From Oscillospiraceae bacterium (GTDB taxonomy: Bacteria > Bacillota > Clostridia > Oscillospirales > SIG627): a DNA stretch of 64,000 nt. The stretch covers positions 3,454 to 67,453 of the forward strand of contig SVQQ01000003.1 in the NCBI GenBank assembly GCA_015065265.1, read 5' to 3'. Position numbers and translations under genes: made by a program. Positions 27,765 through 35,671 of this stretch are shown here, piece by piece. The notes under the pieces are model-generated. The model had not been told where the DNA came from and did not search any database. It saw only the letters and a program-made list of their open reading frames with translations. The number at the start of each line of letters is the position of its first letter. Positions within the stretch are counted from its first letter, which is position 1.

Positions 27765-28415
27765 ATGGCATTTTGTCAGAAGTGCGGTCAGCCAATTGAG
27801 GAAACTGTTAACAACTGTCCTTACTGTGGCGCTCCCAACGCAGCTAACCCCAACCCTAAAAAATCTAACGTTTCAGACATTGTTTCTAAGGCAAAGACAC
27901 TTAATAAGAAGAACGTTGCAATACTTGTAGGTGCAGTTGCAGGAATTGCAATTCTGTGGTTCCTCATCGCTACTCTTGCAGGTGGCGGATATAAGAAAGC
28001 GTTAAAGAACTACGTTGACGTTATCTGGAATGGCAAGGCAAATAAGATTGAAAAACTTGCTCCCGAAGAATACTGGGAATTCTACGAAGAAAGATATGAC
28101 AAAGACATCGACGACGTAATAGACGATTACGAAGACATTTTTGATGAAAAAATGGACTATTACGAAGACGAATATGGAAAGAACGTAAAGTTTAAGTACA
28201 CCATCACCGACAAGGATGAACTTGACGAAGACGACCTTAAAGACCTTAAGGACAGACTTAAAAACGATTACGACATTCCCAGAAAGTCAGTTAAAAAAGC
28301 CTTTGAAGTAGAATATGACTACGTAATTAAAGGTAAAGAAGACGAGTACGAAGGAGAAGGCGAAGTAATTATCGCAAAAATCGACGGAAAATGGTACGTA
28401 ACTAACTTCTTTTAA
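27765..28415 (+). CDS. zinc-ribbon domain membrane protein
   Basis: MAFCQKCG..CPYCG, one TM and a C-terminal KIDGKWY (NTF2-like tail). Confidence 0.8.
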   Translation: MAFCQKCGQPIEETVNNCPYCGAPNAANPNPKKSNVSDIVSKAKTLNKKNVAILVGAVAGIAILWFLIATLAGGGYKKALKNYVDVIWNGKANKIEKLAPEEYWEFYEERYDKDIDDVIDDYEDIFDEKMDYYEDEYGKNVKFKYTITDKDELDEDDLKDLKDRLKNDYDIPRKSVKKAFEVEYDYVIKGKEDEYEGEGEVIIAKIDGKWYVTNFF

Positions 28416-28429
28416 TAAGCATGAAATAA

Positions 28430-28503
28430 AAAGCCGATAGATTTTAAATCTATCGGCTTTTCTTTGTATAATGAAATTCCCCACGTTAAACGTGGGGAAT
28501 TTG
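28430..28503. terminator. two back-to-back terminator hairpins between convergent genes
   Basis: AAAAGCCGATAG..CTATCGGCTTTT and AATTCCCCACG..CGTGGGGAATT. Confidence 0.8.
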
Positions 28504-28525
28504 TTTTGTCCCTTGGGACTTTATT

Positions 28526-29596
28526 TTAGTTTTTCTTTATAGGGCAAGTCCAGTTAAATTTGTCTTCAATTTTGCCCCATTGAATTCCTGTGAGAGTATC
28601 GTAAAGGTGCTGTGTAACCTTACCGATTTTGCCTTCGTTGATAACGAACTTCTTGCCCTTGTAAGCAAGTTCGCCAATGGGTGATACAACTGCCGCTGTA
28701 CCGCAACCCCAAGCCTCTTCAAGAGTTCCGTTTTCGAGAGCCTCTTCAAGTTCGTTTACACTGATAAGGCGTTCACTTACAGTATAGCCTTCACTCTTTA
28801 ATACTTCGATACAAGACTTTCTTGTAATACCGGGAAGAATTGAGCCTGTGAGTGCAGGTGTTACGATTTCTCCGTTTATTTTGAACATAACGTTCATAGC
28901 GCCAACTTCTTCAATGTACTTTCTCTCAACACCGTCAAGCCAAAGTACCTGTGAATAACCCTGAAGTTCTGCCTTCTGACCTGCTCTGTTACTTGCAGCA
29001 TAGTTACCGCCACACTTAGCATAGCCTGTACCACCGCGAACAGCTCTGACGTCGTCGGCTTCAATCATGATTTTAACAGGGTTGATGCCTTCTTTGTAGT
29101 AACTGCCAACGGGAGAAGTGATTATCATAAAGGTTGCATTGTGTACCGCGTGAACGCCGAGAGTTTCGTCACTACCGAACATAAAAGGACGAATGTAAAG
29201 GGAAGTACCCTCTGCAAAAGGTGTCCAGTCCTGTTCGAACTCAACGAATTTAGTAAGAACTTCCATAGCGAGGTCTTCTGGAATCTGAGGAAGACACAAA
29301 CGTTCTGCAGACGTGTTCATTCTGCGAATGTTTTCAATGGGACGGAAAAGCTGAACTGAACCGTCTTTCTTTCGATAGGCTTTAAGACCTTCGAAAATTT
29401 CAGAACCGTAGTGAAGAACTGTACAAGCAGGATGAATCGAGAAAGGACCGAAAGGAACGATTCTCGCATCGTGCCAACCTTCACCCTCGGTGTAATTCAT
29501 AATGAACATATGGTCTGTAAAATACTTTCCAAAGCCCAGAGTAGATGCCTCGGGTTTTTCTTTTGGCTGTGCAATTTTAGTGATTGAAATATCCAT
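28526..29596 (-). CDS. ilvE: branched-chain amino acid aminotransferase
   Basis: FGKYFTDHM, FEGLKAY, LYIRPF, GGTGYAKCGGNYA (PLP Lys) and LPGITRKS motifs. ATG at 29596. Confidence 0.95.
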   Translation of the reverse strand: MDISITKIAQPKEKPEASTLGFGKYFTDHMFIMNYTEGEGWHDARIVPFGPFSIHPACTVLHYGSEIFEGLKAYRKKDGSVQLFRPIENIRRMNTSAERLCLPQIPEDLAMEVLTKFVEFEQDWTPFAEGTSLYIRPFMFGSDETLGVHAVHNATFMIITSPVGSYYKEGINPVKIMIEADDVRAVRGGTGYAKCGGNYAASNRAGQKAELQGYSQVLWLDGVERKYIEEVGAMNVMFKINGEIVTPALTGSILPGITRKSCIEVLKSEGYTVSERLISVNELEEALENGTLEEAWGCGTAAVVSPIGELAYKGKKFVINEGKIGKVTQHLYDTLTGIQWGKIEDKFNWTCPIKKN

Positions 29597-29615
29597 ATTT
29601 TTATCCTCCTGTAAC

Positions 29616-30149
29616 TTAAAAGTCACGTCCGATTTTCATAGCGTCAAGGTTCTTGTCAAGCATATCTATATGCTTTGCGGAAATGACCTTGCGAAGAGCC
29701 GCTTCAACTGATTTTTCATCAAATTCACCGGTCTCTTTGAGAACTTTACCTACCATAATAATGTTAGCAAGGGTAGGAGTCATATTATCGTCGGCAAGTT
29801 TTGTAGCAGGAATTGCAAAAGCACGAACGTCTTTACGGATAACCTCTCTTTCGATAAGAGAAGAATCGTAGAAAATCATTCCACCCTCTGCCACGTCGTT
29901 TTCGTACTTGTCAAGAGAAGGAAGGTTCATAGCGATGAGAATGTCGGGCTTTGAAACGATAGGTGAGCCAACGGGAGTGTCGCTGATAATTACCGAGCAA
30001 CTCGCTGTACCGCCTCTCATTTCAGGACCGTATGAAGGAAGCCATGAAACGTTTTTTCCGTCGGTAAGTCCCTTATATGCAAGGAGTTTTCCCGAGAAGA
30101 GAATACCCTGACCGCCGAAACCTGCAAAAAGATACTTATTAGTACTCAT
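29616..30149 (-). CDS. 2-oxoacid:ferredoxin oxidoreductase gamma subunit (Vor-type)
   Basis: AGFGGQG and [12 protein letters not shown] motifs. Confidence 0.92.
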   Translation of the reverse strand: MSTNKYLFAGFGGQGILFSGKLLAYKGLTDGKNVSWLPSYGPEMRGGTASCSVIISDTPVGSPIVSKPDILIAMNLPSLDKYENDVAEGGMIFYDSSLIEREVIRKDVRAFAIPATKLADDNMTPTLANIIMVGKVLKETGEFDEKSVEAALRKVISAKHIDMLDKNLDAMKIGRDF

Positions 30150-30910
30150 TAGTTTGCCCCCTTTACGATTCCCGCACTTCTGTCTTTATATACTCCCAAA
30201 GGATAATAGGGAATCATTTTTTCGTCTATCCATTCAAGAGCCTTTTGAGGAGTCATACCCCAGTTTGTAGGACAAGAGGAAATAACCTCAACAAGAGAAA
30301 ATCCCTTGTTGTTAACCTGATTTTCAAAAGCCTTTTTAATAGCCTTCTTTGCCGCCTTAACGTTCTTAACGTTGTTTACAGCAACTCTTTCAAGATACTC
30401 AGGACCGTCAAGTTCTGAGAGAAGTTCGCAGACTCTGATGGGGAAACCGCAGTGGTTTGTGTCTCTTCCGTAAGGAGAAGTCTGTGTCACCTGACCTGGA
30501 AGAGAAGTAGGAGCCATCTGACCGCCTGTCATTCCGTAGATCGCATTGTTAATGAAGATTACGGTAATGTTTTCGTTACGAGCTGCAGAGTGAACTGTCT
30601 CTGCCATACCGATTGAAGCAAGGTCACCGTCACCCTGATAAGTAAATACAATGTGTCCTTCGGGGTTCGCACGTTTAACGCCTGTTGCAACAGCAGGAGC
30701 ACGTCCGTGAGCCGCCTCTATCATATCACAGTTAAAATAGTTGTAAGCCATAACCGAGCAACCTACGGGAGCCACACCTATTGTCTTACCTTCAATTCCG
30801 AGTTCATCAATACACTCTGCTACAAGACGGTGAACAATACCGTGTGTACAACCGGGACAATAGTGAAAGGGAATGTCGGCAAGTGCATGGGGTTTATCAA
30901 ATACTACCAT
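30149..30910 (-). CDS. 2-oxoacid:ferredoxin oxidoreductase beta subunit (Vor-type)
   Basis: YCPGCTHG, HGRAPAVATG, YQGDGDLA, YGMTGGQ and SCPTNW motifs. Confidence 0.92.
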   Translation of the reverse strand: MVVFDKPHALADIPFHYCPGCTHGIVHRLVAECIDELGIEGKTIGVAPVGCSVMAYNYFNCDMIEAAHGRAPAVATGVKRANPEGHIVFTYQGDGDLASIGMAETVHSAARNENITVIFINNAIYGMTGGQMAPTSLPGQVTQTSPYGRDTNHCGFPIRVCELLSELDGPEYLERVAVNNVKNVKAAKKAIKKAFENQVNNKGFSLVEVISSCPTNWGMTPQKALEWIDEKMIPYYPLGVYKDRSAGIVKGAN

Positions 30911-31977
30911 TATTTAGCACCTCCGTTTTTATTGGCATTTTTAATAGCATCGAGAATCTGTTCAGGATTGGGTATCATACCACCCGCTCTGTTTACAAGA
31001 GTCACGGGACGACGACATTCTGTAGCAAGACGTACGTCTTCAATCATCTGACCCATTGAAAGTTCAACTGAAATAAACGTATGTACCTTTTCAGCCGCCT
31101 TCTTGAAAGGCTTCTTGGGGAAAGGCCAGAGAGTTATAGGACGGATAAGACCAACCTTGATGCCCTCTTTTCTCGCCTCGTCAATAGCATTCTTTGCAAC
31201 TCTTGAAGCAATACCGAAAGCCGCAATACAGATTTCAGCGTCTTCCATACAGTACTCTTCATACATAACTTCGTTTTCTTCGATTGTTTCGTATCTCTTG
31301 TATCTGTCGAAGTTTCCTTTTTCAAGGGCTTCGGGGTCAAGGTAAAGGGAGTTTGTGATGTTGTGGAAACGTTCAAGTTTCGTACCAGTTGTAGCCCAAG
31401 GCTTTTCGATAGGCTCACCTACTTTAAGGTCAAGGGAAACAGGTTCCATCATCTGACCCATAGTACCGTCGGCAAGAATCATTGAAGTCATACGGTACTT
31501 ATCTGCAAGGTCAAAACCATGAACTGTGAGGTCTGCCATTTCCTGAACTGATGCAGGGGCAAGAACTATCATATGGAAGTCACCGTGAGCAGCACCCTTT
31601 GTAGCCTGGAAATAGTCCGACTGAGAAGGCTGAATACCGCCAAGACCGGGACCACCTCTTTGAACGTTAACTACAAGAGAGGGAAGGTCAGCACCTGCAA
31701 GGTAGGAAAGTCCTTCTCCTTTAAGAGAAATTCCTGGGCTTGAAGATGATGTCATTACACGAAGTCCGCAAGATGCAACTCCGTAAACCATATTTATAGC
31801 GGCAACTTCACTTTCTGCCTGAAGGAAGCAACCACCGATTTTAGGCATTCTTTTTGCCATATAAGCGGCAATTTCTGTTTGAGGAGTAATGGGGTAACCG
31901 AAATAGTGTCTGCAACCTGCGATGATTGCCGCTTCGGCTATAGCCTCATTACCTTTCATTAAAACTTTATCTGACAT
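30910..31977 (-). CDS. vorB: 2-ketoisovalerate:ferredoxin oxidoreductase alpha subunit (VorB family)
   Basis: MKGNEA, GYPITPQ, QAESE, TSSSSPGISL and RGGPGLGGIQPSQSDY motifs. Confidence 0.9.
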   Translation of the reverse strand: MSDKVLMKGNEAIAEAAIIAGCRHYFGYPITPQTEIAAYMAKRMPKIGGCFLQAESEVAAINMVYGVASCGLRVMTSSSSPGISLKGEGLSYLAGADLPSLVVNVQRGGPGLGGIQPSQSDYFQATKGAAHGDFHMIVLAPASVQEMADLTVHGFDLADKYRMTSMILADGTMGQMMEPVSLDLKVGEPIEKPWATTGTKLERFHNITNSLYLDPEALEKGNFDRYKRYETIEENEVMYEEYCMEDAEICIAAFGIASRVAKNAIDEARKEGIKVGLIRPITLWPFPKKPFKKAAEKVHTFISVELSMGQMIEDVRLATECRRPVTLVNRAGGMIPNPEQILDAIKNANKNGGAK

Positions 31978-31992
31978 TTTTTCACGACCTTT

Positions 31993-32199
31993 CTATTTCT
32001 CAATCTTGATTATACAGTCGGGACACATTGTAGCGCAGAAAGTACAACCGATACAAGCCTCTTCATTTACTGCTTCTACGGGGTGATGTCCTTTTTTGTT
32101 GATTTTTTCCTTGGCAAGTGCCAGAACTTTTTTAGGACAAGCGTCAACGCACAGTCCACAGCCCTTGCAATTGTCTGTTTTAAAAGTGAGTTTAGGCAT
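31993..32199 (-). CDS. 2x[4Fe-4S] delta subunit of the 2-oxoacid oxidoreductase
   Basis: CKGCGLCVDACP and CIGCTFCATMCP. Confidence 0.92.
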   Translation of the reverse strand: MPKLTFKTDNCKGCGLCVDACPKKVLALAKEKINKKGHHPVEAVNEEACIGCTFCATMCPDCIIKIEK

Positions 32200-32211
32200 T
32201 TTTTACACTCC

Positions 32212-32874
32212 TTACATGATTTTTTTCTGCAAATTTAAGGGTATTAAATTTGCAACTTTATTTTCAAGGGAGGGGAAAATCTTCGAGTGCACAGTTGTTG
32301 CTATCAAAGGAAGGGAAGTGGCTTTCGCAAGTTCCTCTGCCTTGTGATAAAGGTTTAGCACTAACTCGGGTGTTGTTTCTTCTCCGATGTTTGAATTGTT
32401 TATGATTGCAGTGAAAGGGATTTTTCCCGCAATCTCTATTTCCCTCATCACTTCAATGGCACTTTCGATGTTTGAGGTGAGGGGTCGACAGGCATTGTAA
32501 ACGAAAATCATTTCATAATCGTTTTCTTCAAGAATGTAGGGGGTATATCTTCCAAGCACCAGAGCCCCTCGCTCGTCTCCGCCAATGTCAAGAATACAGT
32601 GACCTGTGTTCTTGTCCACAAGGGAATACATTTCTTGGGGCAGGGCAGGTAAGTCAACGTTTGACCCTGCAAAAGGCGATGCAATAAGTTTTATCCCCGC
32701 ATCTTCAAATTCTTTTTGACTGTCTTTTGTACGGAAATAAGGATTGACAATGTCCATATCGGCAACTGTTACTTTACCATACCTCTTTTTAATTTCAAAG
32801 GCAAGATTTACAGCAATATTTGTCTTTCCGCTTCCGTAATGTCCTGACAAAAGGGTTAATCTTTTAAATTCCAT
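32212..32874 (-). CDS. P-loop NTP-binding protein of unknown function (CobQ/MinD-like)
   Basis: GHYGSGKT Walker A, DMDIVNPYFR and DIGGDERG motifs. Confidence 0.8.
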   Translation of the reverse strand: MEFKRLTLLSGHYGSGKTNIAVNLAFEIKKRYGKVTVADMDIVNPYFRTKDSQKEFEDAGIKLIASPFAGSNVDLPALPQEMYSLVDKNTGHCILDIGGDERGALVLGRYTPYILEENDYEMIFVYNACRPLTSNIESAIEVMREIEIAGKIPFTAIINNSNIGEETTPELVLNLYHKAEELAKATSLPLIATTVHSKIFPSLENKVANLIPLNLQKKIM

Positions 32875-35162
32875 TACAGTTTATTCCTTTGTATCTTTCC
32901 GCTGACAGTTTTGGGAAGAGAGTCTCTGAATACAACTATTCTCGGATACTTATAAGGAGCAGTTCTGCTCTTAACGTAATCCTGAATTTCCTTTTTGAGA
33001 GCGTCTGTGGGTTCAGTACCTTTAACAAGAACGATACTTGCCTTAACTACCTGTCCTCTCACCTCGTCGGGCGCTGCGGATACACCGCATTCAAGAACGT
33101 AGGGCAGTTCCATAATAACGCTTTCAATTTCAAAAGGACCGATTCGGTAGCCTGAGGACTTGATAACGTCGTCAGTTCTGCCAACGTACCAGTAGAATCC
33201 GTCTTCATCACGCCAAGCAACGTCGCCTGTGTGATAATAGCCGTCGTACCATACCTCATCTGTCTTTTCTTTATTCTGATAGTAGCCCTTGAAGAGTCCG
33301 CAAGGAGCACCGTCCTGAACTCTTACGCAAATTTCTCCCGATTCACCGTCAGAAACTTCGTTTCCGTCTGCATCAAGAAGATGTACGTCATATATGGGAG
33401 CAGGTTTACCCATAGAACCTATTTTATGATTTGCTCCCACCAGATTTCCTATAATCATAGTACTTTCCGTCTGACCAAAGCCTTCAAGAATTTGAAGACC
33501 TGTAAGTTTTTCAAACTGATAATATACCTCGGGGTTAAGTGCCTCACCTGCTGTTGTCATATGCTTAACGGAAGACAGGTCGTACTTTGAAATGTCCTCT
33601 TTTACCATCATACGAAGTATAGTGGGAGGGGCACAGAAGGTAGTAATATGATATTTACTGAACATGGGAAGTATGTCTGCCGCGTCAAAACGGTCAAAGT
33701 CATATACGAAGGTGGCCGCCTCGCATATCCACTGTCCGTAAAGTTTACCCCACATAGCCTTTGCCCAACCTGTGTCGGATATAGTAAGGTGAAGTCCGTT
33801 GGGGTCAACCGTATGCCAGTATTTTGCAGTATGGAAGTGACCGAGTGCATATTTAAATGAGTGACAGGCAATTTTCGGATAACCTGTTGTGCCCGAAGTG
33901 AAGTACATAAGCATCAGGTCGTCACCACCTGCCGACTCGGACGTTCTGTCAAAGTGAGTACTAAAGAGTGACATCTCACTGTCAAAGTCACGCCAACCGT
34001 CAATCTTCTTGTCGCCAACTAAAATCTTGTATTCAAGAGTGGGGCAGTGCTCTGCGGCAAGGTCTACCTGCTTTGCAGTTTGGTCAGAGGCAGTACAAAC
34101 AATAGCCTTAACTCCCGCAGAATTGAAGCGGTATTCAAAGTCGTGCTCCTGAAGTTGATTTGTTGCAGGAATTGCAATCGCACCAAGTTTATGAAGACCG
34201 AGCATTGCTATCCAGAATTGGTAGTGACGTTTAAGAACCAGCATTACTCTGTCACCCTTCTTGATACCAAGTGACTTAAAGTAGTTTGCCGCCTGTGACG
34301 AAAGTTTCTTCATATCCTTGAAGGTGAAGCGCCTCTCAGTCTTGTCAATGGAAATATGTAACATTGCAAGTTTGTCAGGGTCTTTATCTGCAATAGCATC
34401 AACTATGTCGTATGCAAAGTTGAAGTTTTCGATGTTCTTGAATTTTATTGAAAGGGGAGTACCGTTTTCATCTTCGACAGTATCGATGAAATTCTTATAT
34501 ACTCTCTCCTTGGTGTCCTTTGGAACTTTTCTTTCAATAATTGTATTTGAGTGAACGAGTTCGGATATGGGCTCACCTGTGGGATTAAGAACGATAGCAT
34601 AGAAAAGACAGTCCGCATTATCTACAGCAATCATACCGTGAGGAGTTGAACTGTTGTAATAAATACTGTCACCTGGGCCAAGAACTTCCGTGTGGTCGCC
34701 TACCTGAACTTTAAGGTGCCCCTCAATGATGATATCACATTCCTGACCTGCGTGAGTTGTCAGTTCAATTGCCTTGTTTTGAGCCTCGGCACTGTATGCC
34801 GCCTTTACGTAAAGGGGCTCGGCAATTCTGTTCTGGAAAGAGGGCGCCAGATTATAGTAAATCATTCCGTGGGCCTGTTCAATCTTCTGACCCATACCAC
34901 GCCTTGTAACAGTATATGTTTTAAGTTTGGGACTATAACCTTCAATAATGTCGGTAACGTCAACGTTAAGGGCCTGAGCACAACGGTAGATAAATGCGAA
35001 AGTGAGGTCCATTTCACCCTTTTCGCAACTTATGTATTCTTCTGTAGAAACACCTGTCTTCTGTGACATTTCCTCGGGGGATAGAGCCACGATTTCGCGA
35101 AGTTCTTTTATTCTCCCCGCCATTTCCTTGATTTTGCAATCAAGTTCAGAAAATTTGTTCAT
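32874..35162 (-). CDS. XRE-HTH/cupin regulator domain fused to a medium/branched-chain acyl-CoA synthetase
   Basis: N-terminal HTH (RIKELRE..EYISCEKG) and cupin (THAGQE..YYNSSTPHG), then an ACS domain (YFTSGTTGYPK, DTGWAK, EGFGQTE, TGD, KTVSGK). Confidence 0.9.
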   Translation of the reverse strand: MNKFSELDCKIKEMAGRIKELREIVALSPEEMSQKTGVSTEEYISCEKGEMDLTFAFIYRCAQALNVDVTDIIEGYSPKLKTYTVTRRGMGQKIEQAHGMIYYNLAPSFQNRIAEPLYVKAAYSAEAQNKAIELTTHAGQECDIIIEGHLKVQVGDHTEVLGPGDSIYYNSSTPHGMIAVDNADCLFYAIVLNPTGEPISELVHSNTIIERKVPKDTKERVYKNFIDTVEDENGTPLSIKFKNIENFNFAYDIVDAIADKDPDKLAMLHISIDKTERRFTFKDMKKLSSQAANYFKSLGIKKGDRVMLVLKRHYQFWIAMLGLHKLGAIAIPATNQLQEHDFEYRFNSAGVKAIVCTASDQTAKQVDLAAEHCPTLEYKILVGDKKIDGWRDFDSEMSLFSTHFDRTSESAGGDDLMLMYFTSGTTGYPKIACHSFKYALGHFHTAKYWHTVDPNGLHLTISDTGWAKAMWGKLYGQWICEAATFVYDFDRFDAADILPMFSKYHITTFCAPPTILRMMVKEDISKYDLSSVKHMTTAGEALNPEVYYQFEKLTGLQILEGFGQTESTMIIGNLVGANHKIGSMGKPAPIYDVHLLDADGNEVSDGESGEICVRVQDGAPCGLFKGYYQNKEKTDEVWYDGYYHTGDVAWRDEDGFYWYVGRTDDVIKSSGYRIGPFEIESVIMELPYVLECGVSAAPDEVRGQVVKASIVLVKGTEPTDALKKEIQDYVKSRTAPYKYPRIVVFRDSLPKTVSGKIQRNKL

Positions 35163-35179
35163 TTTTACCTCCGATTAGG

Positions 35180-35445
35180 GACAAAAAAATCGCCCCAAAG
35201 ATATGTTCCTTGAGACGAGTTGTTTACACATTACCCGCGGTACCACTCAATTTGCAGTAAAACTGCCACTCTTGGAATCTAGCAATTCCTATGCCTTTAC
35301 GCAGCAATCACGGAGAGGTTCTACCGGCAAACGCTTTCTTCCTCTCGGCTCGGAAACTACAAATGACGTCTCTTTTTTGCGACTCGCACCACCCGTCGCC
35401 TCTCTGTAAAAAAAGTATTACGCCACACTCTTCGTCATAGCCTTT
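35180..35445 (-). promoter_or_regulatory. T-box riboswitch, Val specifier (GUA)
   Basis: Minus strand: K-turn GGC-TAT-GA / GA-GCC; lower stem GAAG/TTTC; specifier GTA (35360-35358) followed by G; upper stems GGCGT/ACGTC and CTTTTTT/AAAAAAG; AGAGA and GGTG motifs; T-box GAGTGGTACCGCG (35248-35236); terminator TCGTCTCAAGG..CTTTGGGGCGA-T7. Confidence 0.9.
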
Positions 35446-35460
35446 ATCTTGAATAAAACA

Positions 35461-35489
35461 AGTATAACATATTCTTTATGTTTTGTCAA
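35461..35489 (-). promoter_or_regulatory. sigmaA promoter of the Val T-box operon
   Basis: Minus strand TTGACA-17-TATACT with a TGn extension. Confidence 0.85.
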
Positions 35490-35498
35490 CAATTTAAT

Positions 35499-35535
35499 TA
35501 AACCCGTCTCAAAGTTGTCTTTGAGACGGGTTATA
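35499..35535 (-). terminator. 14-bp stem terminator
   Basis: AACCCGTCTCAAAG (35501-35514) / CTTTGAGACGGGTT (35519-35532). Confidence 0.8.
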
Positions 35536-35640
35536 AAAAGCCATCTGAATTATCACACTGTAAGGGCTCGAAAATTAAGGGCTCATTAGTGTCAGAAAAC
35601 CGTCTTTGACATAGCCTTTTTTATATAAATATATATTATA
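35500..35640 (-). ncRNA. candidate small RNA
   Basis: Has its own TTGACA-17-TATATT promoter (35675-35647), a closing stem, two GAGCCCTT copies, a terminator at 35500 and no ORF. Confidence 0.4.
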
Positions 35641-35671
35641 TGTAAGAATATAACACTAAAAAAGGACTTTG

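Noticed and set aside
35362-35367. GTC or ATT as specifier of the second T-box, via an alternative ATGACG/CGTCAT helix
   Set aside because: That fold destroys the K-turn (GGC-TAT-GA/GA-GCC) and the GGCGT/ACGTC stem. The canonical register gives GTA. GTC would still be Val.
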